Origin: a virus
Direction: 5' to 3' (one strand)
Virus record (IMG/VR): IMGVR_UViG_3300047560_001345
DNA: 64,000 nucleotides
Below the pieces are notes generated by a model. The model searched no databases. It had not been told where the DNA came from and saw only the letters and a program-made list of their open reading frames with translations. This document shows, in pieces, positions 34,601 to 42,782 of this stretch. Each line of letters starts with the position of its first letter. The first letter of the stretch is position 1. The position numbers and the translations under genes are program-made.

Positions 34601-37600
34601 TTGTGCGCAGTGCGGCGCAACCATGACATGAACTGTTTAACGACCGGCAAATTCTTTGCGTGCTCGACCAGATAACCCAGAGCTTCTTCATGAATATGGT
34701 CTGGATGTGTGCCTTCCGGTACCCGGGCATACGCATCCTTGACGGCCTGCACCCCACGATCACGCAGCGTCTGGACCTGCTTCAGAATGTTTTGGAATTC
34801 AGGATCGGTCTTGCCCAGCTTCTTTGCATGAACAGCAACCTCATGGCGTACTAAACCGCGGAGGTTATGGCGGGTGTCGATATTGTCAGCGATCAGCACA
34901 GTGCGCCCGGTCTTGGGGTCATGGAACCCGCGGACATCTGGGCCGACACCTTCTTGTTCACGAGTAGACAGCACTACTTCTGGCGCGTCTTCACCAAAGG
35001 TTTCCTTAACTTTCTGCCCCAGCGACTCAACAGTATGTGCCTGCTCAGGTGCTTCGCCCTTGGTATACAGATGCACATCAGGATCAGGTTCCGCCCCTAG
35101 AGTCTTGGCGGTTTCAGCATCAATCTCTTCCTGCGTGACTTTCTTATGTTCAACCGGGCCCAGCTTTTCAACGAGATCGTCGAAGTAACCCTTGGTATCA
35201 GCACCTTCTATGTGGGCCGCTTTCCAAAGACCCTGTGCCTCACGAGGCATATCTCTGAATGCCGGATCAGTCGGACTGCGCAGGTCTTCCCATGCCTCGA
35301 CGTGAGGTGCCATAGGGCCAGTCGGGCGTTCGGATACTTTAGGCGCTACAGGTTCTTCTGCTACAGGTGCAGCAGGTTCTACAGCCTTTTCAGCCGTTGG
35401 CTCAATAGTCTTGGCCGCCTCAACCACCGGGGGTTCCGGCGCTTTCGGAGGCTCTATTTCTGCCGATGCAGCTTTCTCTCTAACAACCTTTGCAATTGCA
35501 GACTCTTGTGCATGCAAAGGAGAGAATTTACCCTTAGAAGTCAGCTTGCTAACTGCCGTACCCTTCACCATGTAGACAGAGCCGTTATGGTCGACAAGCG
35601 TGCCTTCCGGGGTCTTAACAGCACTTGGCGGCTCGGCAGCTTTCGGTGCTTCTACAGGAGGGGGCTCAACCGCTTTCGGAGGTTCAACTACCTTAGGCGG
35701 TTCAACGGGCGCAGGCGCTTCTACAGGCTTAGCCTGCTGCATTTCACCAACACGGGCGATCAGAGCATCTACTTTTTCTTCAGGGACTTGGACTTTTTCA
35801 CCGCTGACTTCAGGAGCTTTGACCCCTTGTCCGCTTGGTTCCACTCCTTGGCCACTGACTGCTTGATCCCTACCTTCTTCGCGAATGATGGGTTGTGGGC
35901 CGCGGCCGCCATCAACCGGGCCTGCTTCGGGGATTTGCTGGGCATTCTTCACCTCATCTAGGTATTGGCCAAACTCAATGACTTTCGTCGGATTAATGTT
36001 CTGAATGTTCTTGGTGACCAGCTCATCGATCGCTGCATGATCTTCGAGGTTGTTCGGGTCCAGCTTCTCCAGCTTCTTGGCAATCGGCTGTGAAGGTCTC
36101 AACCCAAGCATTTCTACCGGCCATGGCGCAGCCGCTGCTTCTACTGGCGGAGCAGGCGGTTCAACAATAGGTTCGGGTATAATGGCCGCAGCTTCGGGTG
36201 TAACGGGCTCTACCGGAACTTGAGCTTCGGGTGTAACGGGCGGAACAGTACGCGCAGCTTTAAGCGCAGCGTCTGCTTCCAGCACTTGCTGAGCCAGATC
36301 CTCAACCGTACCTTCTTCCTCAAGAACTTTTTCCTTCTTACCCTTTGCCTTTACGGCAGGCTCAGTCGGAACTTCAGGAGGTAAAGGCGCTTCGCCCGGG
36401 GGTACTTCAGCAGGAGGCGGAACCTCTGCACGTGGCTGCTTAGCGCGACCCATGGCGCCGCCGACCATACCACCGCCCATCACGTCACCCATGAAGGTGC
36501 CGAGGTATTCTTCAGCCGCTGCTTTATCAGCAGGTGATACAGGCTGGCCTGCGGCCAGACGCTCAAGAGCCACAGACGGGATATCCGCAGCAGTCGCACC
36601 AGCAGCACCTTTAGCGGCGCTTTCAAGGAACTTGCCCGCAGCAGGATTGAGGGCCCGCATACCCATGGTTTGGAATGCAGTCTCACCAAGAGCAGCTAGG
36701 AGATTAGTCGGTTCAGCAATTGAATAGGGTTTGCCCTGCTCATCAAAGCGTTGCGCAGAGCTGCCTACGGCAGAAAGACCCGCGGTACCCGCCATAGCGG
36801 CCACGCCAGCCGGCCCTGCCATAAGCGCAGGAGCTGCCGCCGGAAGACTGCCCAAAGCCGCGCCGCCATAATAGCCGAGCTTTGATAGCAGAGGATCAGT
36901 CGGAAGCGGTGCTTCATACTGCTTGGCCAGCTCAGCTTGGCGTTCCTTTGCAGACTTGATCCACTCTTGACCCATAGCTTGAGTCGGGCCGAACTCTTCA
37001 GCAATCTCACCTGCACCGCGCTGCAATAGAGAGGGAATGCTCTTGAATGCAGAGGCAGCACCCGCACCGAAGCCAGTCTTGGCCGCGTGCTCTTGGGTCA
37101 TCCACTCTTGGTCAGGGTGTTGCTTGGCCAGCTCGGCCAACGCCTGATTCACATCCGCGCTCTCCAATAGACGTAGCGTCTTATTGTTTGTCAGGGCATG
37201 CGGGATGATTCTTTCAAGATTTTTACCCTGCTCGCGAAATGCTTGAATAGCCTGCACTGGATCAGCCTCGGCCGGGAGGGTCAGCGTGCGCGGCTTCTTA
37301 GCATCATGATCGAAGACTTCAAAGCTCTGCATACCAGAAGCTGGAGGCCCTTGCGGCGCCTGTTCTGGCGCACCACGCAGCATGGTCTGAGCCTGCGCAA
37401 TGCGATTCTCGTAATTGGCAAAGCGTTCGTCCGGGCGTTCATAGGACGCACCAAAAGCGCGGGTTGCTTCTGCAACATCCTTAGCCGCCAGCAACTGCTT
37501 CAAAGCCTTGCTTTCAGGGCCCTGCAGTTCATGCCACATGTAATCGAGCTGGACGTTAGGATCACTTGCGTGGCGACCCATGGCTTCAGCAAATGGGATC

Positions 37601-37953
37601 AGACCGACATAGCCCTTACCACCGTGAAGACGTTCACGATTCCACTGACCATAGCCCAGAGAATAGGGATCATGCGCAGTGCGGCCGCCGCCTTCAGCAC
37701 GAGAGTGCCCGCCAGACTCCTGAGCAATATTGCCGACAATAGCTGCCGCCTGATGCGGAGCTAATCCTTTGTCGAGGAAGTAATTGAAGGCATGGCGGAG
37801 AGCGGCAACATTACCACCGCGGGCTGGCGCCTTCGGCGCAGCCTCTTGTCGGGGTAGGTATTGCTCTAATTCAGATACGCCACCGGTATTGGTGGGTGGC
37901 TCGATTGCGTATTGGTCGCCAAAGTCAAGCGGGTTGAATTCGCCTCGAGCCAT
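31600..37953 (-). CDS. 2117-aa polyvalent internal/ejection protein: N-terminal lytic transglycosylase (SLT) domain, Pro-rich repeats, HExxH zincin-like module
   Basis: SLT motifs GNIAQESGG...SLGYGQWN; PVEPV/PPKxVEPP repeats; RGLVRHEVAVHAKKLG (HEVAVH). The size and position are T7 gp16-like. Confidence 0.55.
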   Translation of the reverse strand: MARGEFNPLDFGDQYAIEPPTNTGGVSELEQYLPRQEAAPKAPARGGNVAALRHAFNYFLDKGLAPHQAAAIVGNIAQESGGHSRAEGGGRTAHDPYSLGYGQWNRERLHGGKGYVGLIPFAEAMGRHASDPNVQLDYMWHELQGPESKALKQLLAAKDVAEATRAFGASYERPDERFANYENRIAQAQTMLRGAPEQAPQGPPASGMQSFEVFDHDAKKPRTLTLPAEADPVQAIQAFREQGKNLERIIPHALTNNKTLRLLESADVNQALAELAKQHPDQEWMTQEHAAKTGFGAGAASAFKSIPSLLQRGAGEIAEEFGPTQAMGQEWIKSAKERQAELAKQYEAPLPTDPLLSKLGYYGGAALGSLPAAAPALMAGPAGVAAMAGTAGLSAVGSSAQRFDEQGKPYSIAEPTNLLAALGETAFQTMGMRALNPAAGKFLESAAKGAAGATAADIPSVALERLAAGQPVSPADKAAAEEYLGTFMGDVMGGGMVGGAMGRAKQPRAEVPPPAEVPPGEAPLPPEVPTEPAVKAKGKKEKVLEEEGTVEDLAQQVLEADAALKAARTVPPVTPEAQVPVEPVTPEAAAIIPEPIVEPPAPPVEAAAAPWPVEMLGLRPSQPIAKKLEKLDPNNLEDHAAIDELVTKNIQNINPTKVIEFGQYLDEVKNAQQIPEAGPVDGGRGPQPIIREEGRDQAVSGQGVEPSGQGVKAPEVSGEKVQVPEEKVDALIARVGEMQQAKPVEAPAPVEPPKVVEPPKAVEPPPVEAPKAAEPPSAVKTPEGTLVDHNGSVYMVKGTAVSKLTSKGKFSPLHAQESAIAKVVREKAASAEIEPPKAPEPPVVEAAKTIEPTAEKAVEPAAPVAEEPVAPKVSERPTGPMAPHVEAWEDLRSPTDPAFRDMPREAQGLWKAAHIEGADTKGYFDDLVEKLGPVEHKKVTQEEIDAETAKTLGAEPDPDVHLYTKGEAPEQAHTVESLGQKVKETFGEDAPEVVLSTREQEGVGPDVRGFHDPKTGRTVLIADNIDTRHNLRGLVRHEVAVHAKKLGKTDPEFQNILKQVQTLRDRGVQAVKDAYARVPEGTHPDHIHEEALGYLVEHAKNLPVVKQFMSWLRRTAHKLTGSAKWLREDDFGPMADAILKQGEKVKTAARAEGAEPLYSRRHAAEDVEQEVKTIQYDNWFDKYYTRARAALVNARSPIEYVLRELPLYSRNGNQIRSTAKMAQSTRDIQIINHALESGYLYLDKYGLVATRNDDAINPMKIKESFLAMGKEAQDKFAKAINTLAQNGHNLRAEEHRQLLEDNRRELAAVESEFYSRQDVLDKQKQEIADIKALPDKDIDVDRLEQLEGDHKALKAEQKAARDVIKARKALIHNVETRYKGVKHTKDGKVFDVSDEAVAEARAFLNSSPEVKEMAQNVRQLYKQNAKLLRDTGVISDKTYQSFIADKYDYAPLYKSIEDLNDDLEGRGDYFFVGGGQKRVGTPKKLRGGRGAEDMDRVNFLQNMFRHQAKVGAWAIHNNSKRATLADLAGMGFAKRTAAGRIPKDTAHLVAVMEDGKRRYYRVEDDGLFDAYQIINNAPRSKLGKITRAVTKELSQWMLIDPAYWYRQMWREPVMSAFMSGAGAKSFFAPFKAMGALTELATGKGTARQAYQELKGRGISGSHDYLSDERLIQLGKANIDPSTLKEKAAFYYDNAKKLGQKVQENIDAASKVTVMREYEQQLLKQGMSPEKAREGAIQRVGDMLNFANRGTAASAQYFNSTIPFFNSWAQGMDALIRHATGYGFDRNSSEGKAVMKTFWGHAAAMAAMATAYSAFMSDNKDYQNLSAENRARNWYVPLPGTNNLMKIPAAFETTVFKAVPEAIVTASLGKDPRDAKDMMVGTLWRDLMPPGSELPGVPYLVRPLLESAVGYKLSLRPGETRPIGDQSLRPELRERGKSAAADFFSDVTGGAVSPATLRYLATGYTPSIAKVGELAAKGIAAGVTSAFGQPDGRQQIRDIVDLARDITGAISNPDMVDRSRAYEFAAEQALNAHSARYAQRHGFEGVADKFREEGRYAKAAQNLKSVLSTLQMQEDRIKNSKDYKSAEAAEKDLQEVIARRREITKSLEDLEKRASEEE

Positions 37954-37960
37954 GTGTCAC

Positions 37961-39286
37961 CTAATCTTGAGGGTTGTCGTCACTGAGCCATGCTGGGTAG
38001 TTACCAAGTTGGTATGGATTACCCCAACCGCCGCCAGTAGTTGGCGTCGGAGCAGCGTTTCTAAACTGCGAACGCGCTGACGATACTAATGTAGGCAGCA
38101 TTTGCTCCACTTGTTTAGGATTGTACCCCATATCGACTAGTGATTTAGCTAACGCCGTGATGTTATTGGATGATAGATCAGTGACGCCTGCGGCTTTAAG
38201 CTTCTGCACTTCACGCATAGCGTCTGCGTGGATATTAGCCACGTTTTCACGAGAGGTAGCACCAACATCTACGCCATACCGCTGCGCTGCTGCCCCGATA
38301 TCTGCCTTTTGGATGTCATACTTGCCCGCTTGCTCGCCCGTCAGCAATCTGGTCTTGCGTTCTTCTTCCAGTTCACGCAGCTTCTGAGCGTATTCGCGAG
38401 CGGCCTTACTCTGTGCCAGATCCTGTGCAAGAATCGTAGAGAGAGCTTTGCTGCGCTGTTCGTAAGGGAGCATACGAGACTTAGCATACATGGCATCCAT
38501 GAGCTCTTGTTCGCGGTCTTCCGTTTTCTGATGCTGACCCATAGACTGCATCATGGACATGATGCCTGCACCTGCGCGGCGCTGGCCTGAACCGGTCGCG
38601 CCAAGATAACCACCAAGAGCAGAAGCAATGTTCTCGAAGACATTCATCTTGCTGCGCTGTGCATTCTGGTGGTCATGGCGAGCAATCAACTCAGCCGCTA
38701 CATCAGGCGGTACGCCTTCCAGATCGACATATTGCTGAATGCGTTCTTCATAGCTAGGAGAGCTTGACTCACCTGCACCGACCGTACGAGAAGTCGTCGG
38801 ATTAGTAAGCGGGCTAGGACGCGCAAGGTCCTGCTCATAAGCTCGTGTATCAGGCGCATCAAGCATCTTTGGCATTCCGCTCAACCATGGGTTGGTCTCG
38901 CCACCGATCTCAAAACCACGAACAGGGCCGCCTCCGGCCAGAGCAACAATGCCGCCCGCAGCCATTTGCTGTTGGTTTGCTTGAGCTGCTTGCTCAAGAC
39001 CCGGCGCAGCAAGACCCATCATATTGGGATCGAACATCGGGGCAGGCGGTTGAGCCTGCGCAACAAGCTGGCTAGCCACAGTCCCCTGCGGTGCAGGAGG
39101 TGCGGGTTGAACCTTGTTGTAGGAGTTGAGGAGGGCAGCGGCAATGCCGCCCTCTACGCTGCCGGTCTGTTGGCCTTGCTGGACAAGCCCGCTCAGCATC
39201 TGTTTGCCTTGCGGGGTGTTAGGAATCATCTTCAGGCTTTCGTAGATTTCCTGCGGCCCGGGAGCCATCACATTCGGATAGTTCAT
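37961..39286 (-). CDS. Internal virion protein (441 aa)
   Basis: Pro/Gln/Ala-rich N-terminus and coiled C-terminal half; positional evidence only. Confidence 0.35.
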   Translation of the reverse strand: MNYPNVMAPGPQEIYESLKMIPNTPQGKQMLSGLVQQGQQTGSVEGGIAAALLNSYNKVQPAPPAPQGTVASQLVAQAQPPAPMFDPNMMGLAAPGLEQAAQANQQQMAAGGIVALAGGGPVRGFEIGGETNPWLSGMPKMLDAPDTRAYEQDLARPSPLTNPTTSRTVGAGESSSPSYEERIQQYVDLEGVPPDVAAELIARHDHQNAQRSKMNVFENIASALGGYLGATGSGQRRAGAGIMSMMQSMGQHQKTEDREQELMDAMYAKSRMLPYEQRSKALSTILAQDLAQSKAAREYAQKLRELEEERKTRLLTGEQAGKYDIQKADIGAAAQRYGVDVGATSRENVANIHADAMREVQKLKAAGVTDLSSNNITALAKSLVDMGYNPKQVEQMLPTLVSSARSQFRNAAPTPTTGGGWGNPYQLGNYPAWLSDDNPQD

Positions 39287-39296
39287 GATGCGTTCC

Positions 39297-41102
39297 TTAC
39301 TGAATCTTCTGGATCTGATTGGTCATGCCGGACTGACCGCCGCCCATACCGCCAAGAATACCCATACCTTGGTTTGCCAGCGTTGTCGGCCCACCATAAA
39401 TATTGGCTGCATTCTGCTGAAGCTGGTTAAAGTAGCCCTGACCAAGTCCCTGAAGCGTTGAACCTGCCTGACCCCACATGTTGGCAAGGTTGGTATTGTA
39501 TCCGCCAATGGTAGAACCAAGAGACCCGAGACCGCCTGCGCCACCCAGCATTTGACCATAAGCACCAACATTCTGTTGATTAGCTTGAAGCCCCGCACTC
39601 TGGTTCGCCAGCGCCGCCTGCTGCGCGAGCTGTGCATTCTGGAGATTCGCTTGCTGTTGGTTCATGGTATTCAGATTTACCGTATTCCAGTCTACGCCTT
39701 GGTTAGCCTGCTGGGCAGCAAGTTGCTGAGCTACATAGTTGTTGTAGGCCTGATTCTGTGCGGCTGCGCCGAACTGAGAAGCAGCATTCATCGCGGCCTG
39801 ATTAGCCTGAGCTTCAGTCAATCCCATATTCATATACTGAGACTTGAGCTGATTGATAGCCTGCGTATTGGCTAAACCGACCTGCGAACCAAGTTGCTGT
39901 TCCTGCTGGAACTGACCCATACCCTGACCGTAAGCCTGTTGCAAACCTTTCTGTTCGATATCCGCAAGTGTATATCCAAGGTTTCTACGCCCTTCGGATT
40001 CCTGCAGTGCGGCACGGGTGCCACCAAAAGCCTTCTGCTGAGTGGCCTGACTGCGCTGCTGGTTCTCTCGCATCTGGGCCTGACGATTAGCTTCAAAGAG
40101 CTCTTGATCAAGCACGTTTTGGGTATACGGGTTCATGTATTGCCGAGCAACACCCGGATCGGTCCAAGACTGAGGCGCTGCGGTCTGTGTGGCTTTTTCC
40201 CGTTTTGTCTGTGCAATCGGTGTGGCGTTGTAGCGTTCTACCTGAGCCTGTTGAGCGGCAATATCACGGATGTCCCCACGATTAGCTTGAGCTGCCATTC
40301 CTTGAGCTGCTTGTACTTGCTGCGGCGTGTAGCTAGCGCGATTCTGCAACCCTTGGATTGCTTGATTGTATGCCTGTGTGGCCTGCCCAAATTGCTCCGG
40401 CTGTTTGTTCATCTGCTGAAGAACGTCAGTCGCTTGATTGTAATAGGGATTAGTGACGCGGAACGTGCCTGTAGCTGGATCATACGCACCGCCAAAGAAC
40501 CCGGCCTGACCCATATAGGCGGCTGCGGGGGTAATGCCCTGTGCTGCAAGGTTAGCTTTACCTGCGTCCTGCTGCGCCGTGTACTGCTGGAAAGCCTGCC
40601 TAGTTTGCGTCAGATAGTCATACTTCTTCTGATTAGCTGGTGAAAGTTTTCTACCGGCATCGAGTTGCCGTTGTAGGCTAGCAAGAGTATTAGCCTGACC
40701 TCTATTGAGGTCTTTAGGTGTAGTGTCGCCACCATCCGCAAACGTACGTTCATCGTCATCTAATGACATGATTCCGCCACGAGCAGCGAGCTTGGTCGGA
40801 GGTGCTTCAGGTTTCTGCCCCGCATCAGGCGGCGGCATTGCGATCTTAGGGCCGGACATATAGCGATGCGCGGCTGCACCTGCCTCTTCAGTAGAAGCCC
40901 CTTCAGGCAAACCAAAGAATGCAGCGAGCTGTGACGGATCACCATGCTGCACACCAAGTAGCATATCTTGCTGCTCTTTGATGTTACCCAAGGCCGGCTT
41001 GAGGATGGGCATGGCCAGCTTCGTCGCCTGAGGAGATCCCCAAATGCCTGTAGCAAGCTGCTGGTATTGTGATGTACTGGAGGGAACTGATGCGCTACCC
41101 AT
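39297..41102 (-). CDS. Gln/Asn-rich low-complexity internal virion protein (about 600 aa)
   Basis: Long Q/N/A/G tracts (NQQQANLQNAQLAQQAALANQSAGLQANQQN...). Start taken at the ATG with SD AAGAGG just after the upstream stop; track start 41168. Confidence 0.4.
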   Translation of the reverse strand: MGSASVPSSTSQYQQLATGIWGSPQATKLAMPILKPALGNIKEQQDMLLGVQHGDPSQLAAFFGLPEGASTEEAGAAAHRYMSGPKIAMPPPDAGQKPEAPPTKLAARGGIMSLDDDERTFADGGDTTPKDLNRGQANTLASLQRQLDAGRKLSPANQKKYDYLTQTRQAFQQYTAQQDAGKANLAAQGITPAAAYMGQAGFFGGAYDPATGTFRVTNPYYNQATDVLQQMNKQPEQFGQATQAYNQAIQGLQNRASYTPQQVQAAQGMAAQANRGDIRDIAAQQAQVERYNATPIAQTKREKATQTAAPQSWTDPGVARQYMNPYTQNVLDQELFEANRQAQMRENQQRSQATQQKAFGGTRAALQESEGRRNLGYTLADIEQKGLQQAYGQGMGQFQQEQQLGSQVGLANTQAINQLKSQYMNMGLTEAQANQAAMNAASQFGAAAQNQAYNNYVAQQLAAQQANQGVDWNTVNLNTMNQQQANLQNAQLAQQAALANQSAGLQANQQNVGAYGQMLGGAGGLGSLGSTIGGYNTNLANMWGQAGSTLQGLGQGYFNQLQQNAANIYGGPTTLANQGMGILGGMGGGQSGMTNQIQKIQ

Positions 41103-41113
41103 GGTGATACCTC

Positions 41114-41518
41114 TTAAAGCGATGCGCCAATTATAGTGTGTTTCTTCCTGAGGCCATAGCGTTCCCACAGCCGGAGGATCTCATCTCTAGCGCCAGCTTC
41201 AACTGACGTAGCGCCATTGGCGCGAAATATATTGAACAAGATCTCAGCATTCTCATGGCCCGTAACGAGCCTACCACCTAAGGCAATAATAAATGCGGTC
41301 CTATCACGGGGTTTATTGAAGTACTGCACTGCTGCAGCACCTTTAAATTTACCCGGCTCATCAAAAGCAACGATCAGAGACCATGCCCCTGACGTAATAA
41401 AAACTCGAGCTTCATCGATCGTATAGTCTTCAGTGTAGCCCAGCGCATTCTCGATATAGTCCTCCACCAATGGGAGAACCTGATTTACAAGATGTACGGG
41501 GACTTCCTGAATGTTCAT
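41114..41518 (-). CDS. Small acetyltransferase-like (GNAT-fold?) protein within the virion module
   Basis: TAFIIALGGRLVTGHENAEILFNIF resembles a GNAT motif-A region; weak. Confidence 0.3.
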   Translation of the reverse strand: MNIQEVPVHLVNQVLPLVEDYIENALGYTEDYTIDEARVFITSGAWSLIVAFDEPGKFKGAAAVQYFNKPRDRTAFIIALGGRLVTGHENAEILFNIFRANGATSVEAGARDEILRLWERYGLRKKHTIIGASL

Positions 41519-42354
41519 GCAGTGCGCCTTTCCTTAGCGCGGCGCTTGGCTAGACTGCCTGCCTTCGGCTTCGGCCCTGCACGCAATGCATTGAATAGGT
41601 GATCCAGATACTCGGCGCCAGCCTTGGTCGACCCATTACCAATCGCGCTAACTACGTCGGCCGGGATAATAAAATCGCCATCACGCAGGTGAATAGCACC
41701 GCCTTTGGCTTTGCCATAAGGCTTCCACGATGAGGGAAGAGAACCATAAACATCCTGCGTCATCTGAGCACCTTCCAGATTTGCAGCGCCTATTTTTTGC
41801 TGTCCGCTCTTATCATAAACTGGCTGGCCGCCGCCCCCAACAAATGAGAGCCCCGTCTCAAGGAGTTTAGGTGCCGCCGCTTTAGTCAGAGTTGACCCTG
41901 CAGTACCAAGCAATGAGCTTTCTGCGGCGGGGGCTGCTACAGGCGCAGCCACCGGAGCCGCGGCGGGTAAAGCTGAAGGAATACCGATACCCGGAGCACC
42001 TGCTGCCGTGCCAATACCTTGACTGGTTATTGCGCCCGGGGCCTCGGTTAACGCGGCCTGTGTAACAGCTTGCCCGCCTGTCTGAGTAGCTGCATTACCT
42101 ACAGCTCCGCTTGCTACGCCTTCGGCTGCGCCGCTGGCTGCTCCACCTAAAGCACCGATACCTGCACCGATACCCCCACCGACCGCGCCTGTCAGGCCAC
42201 CCATCAAAGCACCTTTAAGACGATCCTTTGGGTTAGTGAGAGCGCCTATCCCTGCGCCTGCGGCTTCTCCTATTGCTACCGTAGCGGCTGCGGCGAGAGC
42301 TCCCTCGACGCCCATCAATCCAGCGATTCCCAGACCTGTCGCAATAAAGCTCAT
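41515..42354 (-). CDS. Gly/Ala-rich internal virion protein with a basic C-terminus
   Basis: GxGxG repeats. C-terminal GGAIHLRDGDFIIPADVVSAIGNG is shared with 42782..44161. Confidence 0.4.
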   Translation of the reverse strand: MSFIATGLGIAGLMGVEGALAAAATVAIGEAAGAGIGALTNPKDRLKGALMGGLTGAVGGGIGAGIGALGGAASGAAEGVASGAVGNAATQTGGQAVTQAALTEAPGAITSQGIGTAAGAPGIGIPSALPAAAPVAAPVAAPAAESSLLGTAGSTLTKAAAPKLLETGLSFVGGGGQPVYDKSGQQKIGAANLEGAQMTQDVYGSLPSSWKPYGKAKGGAIHLRDGDFIIPADVVSAIGNGSTKAGAEYLDHLFNALRAGPKPKAGSLAKRRAKERRTA

Positions 42355-42782
42355 TTCGGAGCCTCCAATAATCTGTTGTATTCTTCCATTGTGTCACACA
42401 CGAGAGCTTTTTCCACCGCCTCAATCTCCTGCTCTTCGCAGTGGTGGACAGTTATCCACTCGACTTCGTCATGGACAAAAATGAACCTCTGTGTACCCTT
42501 AGGAGTGATGACCACATCCGGGGCAATAACGTCACGTTTGTTGCCTTGCTCGTCCATAATGGTGATGTGCCCGCGCATACATACCGCAATGTGGTCGGAT
42601 TTATGCACCTTGGTAACGAATACGGTACCTGTAGGGACGATGATCCGGCGGCCGTACAACTCATCGGTGTGGTAATGGATTGGCTCTGGATTGACGCGCT
42701 CAACACCGCGCTCCTCAATGAACTGGTCCATGCTAGACCGGATCGCATCGATCGACGGAAGTTCTTTGGCAACTGCATTCAT
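42351..42782 (-). CDS. Small cupin-like protein (weak)
   Basis: HYHTDELYGRRIIVPTGTVFVTKVHKSDHIAVCMRGHITIM shows spaced His pairs on a beta-rich segment. Confidence 0.25.
   Translation of the reverse strand: MNAVAKELPSIDAIRSSMDQFIEERGVERVNPEPIHYHTDELYGRRIIVPTGTVFVTKVHKSDHIAVCMRGHITIMDEQGNKRDVIAPDVVITPKGTQRFIFVHDEVEWITVHHCEEQEIEAVEKALVCDTMEEYNRLLEAPK

Noticed and set aside
32175-37764. Multiple plus-strand ORFs (e.g. 35146..35961, 37198..37764)
   Set aside because: Antisense shadows of the 2117-aa polyvalent protein gene; Arg/Cys/Leu-rich.
39552-40643. Plus-strand ORFs 39552..39875 and 39894..40643
   Set aside because: Antisense to the Q/N-rich virion gene. Low-complexity Leu/Ser frames typical of a CAG/CTG-repeat complement.
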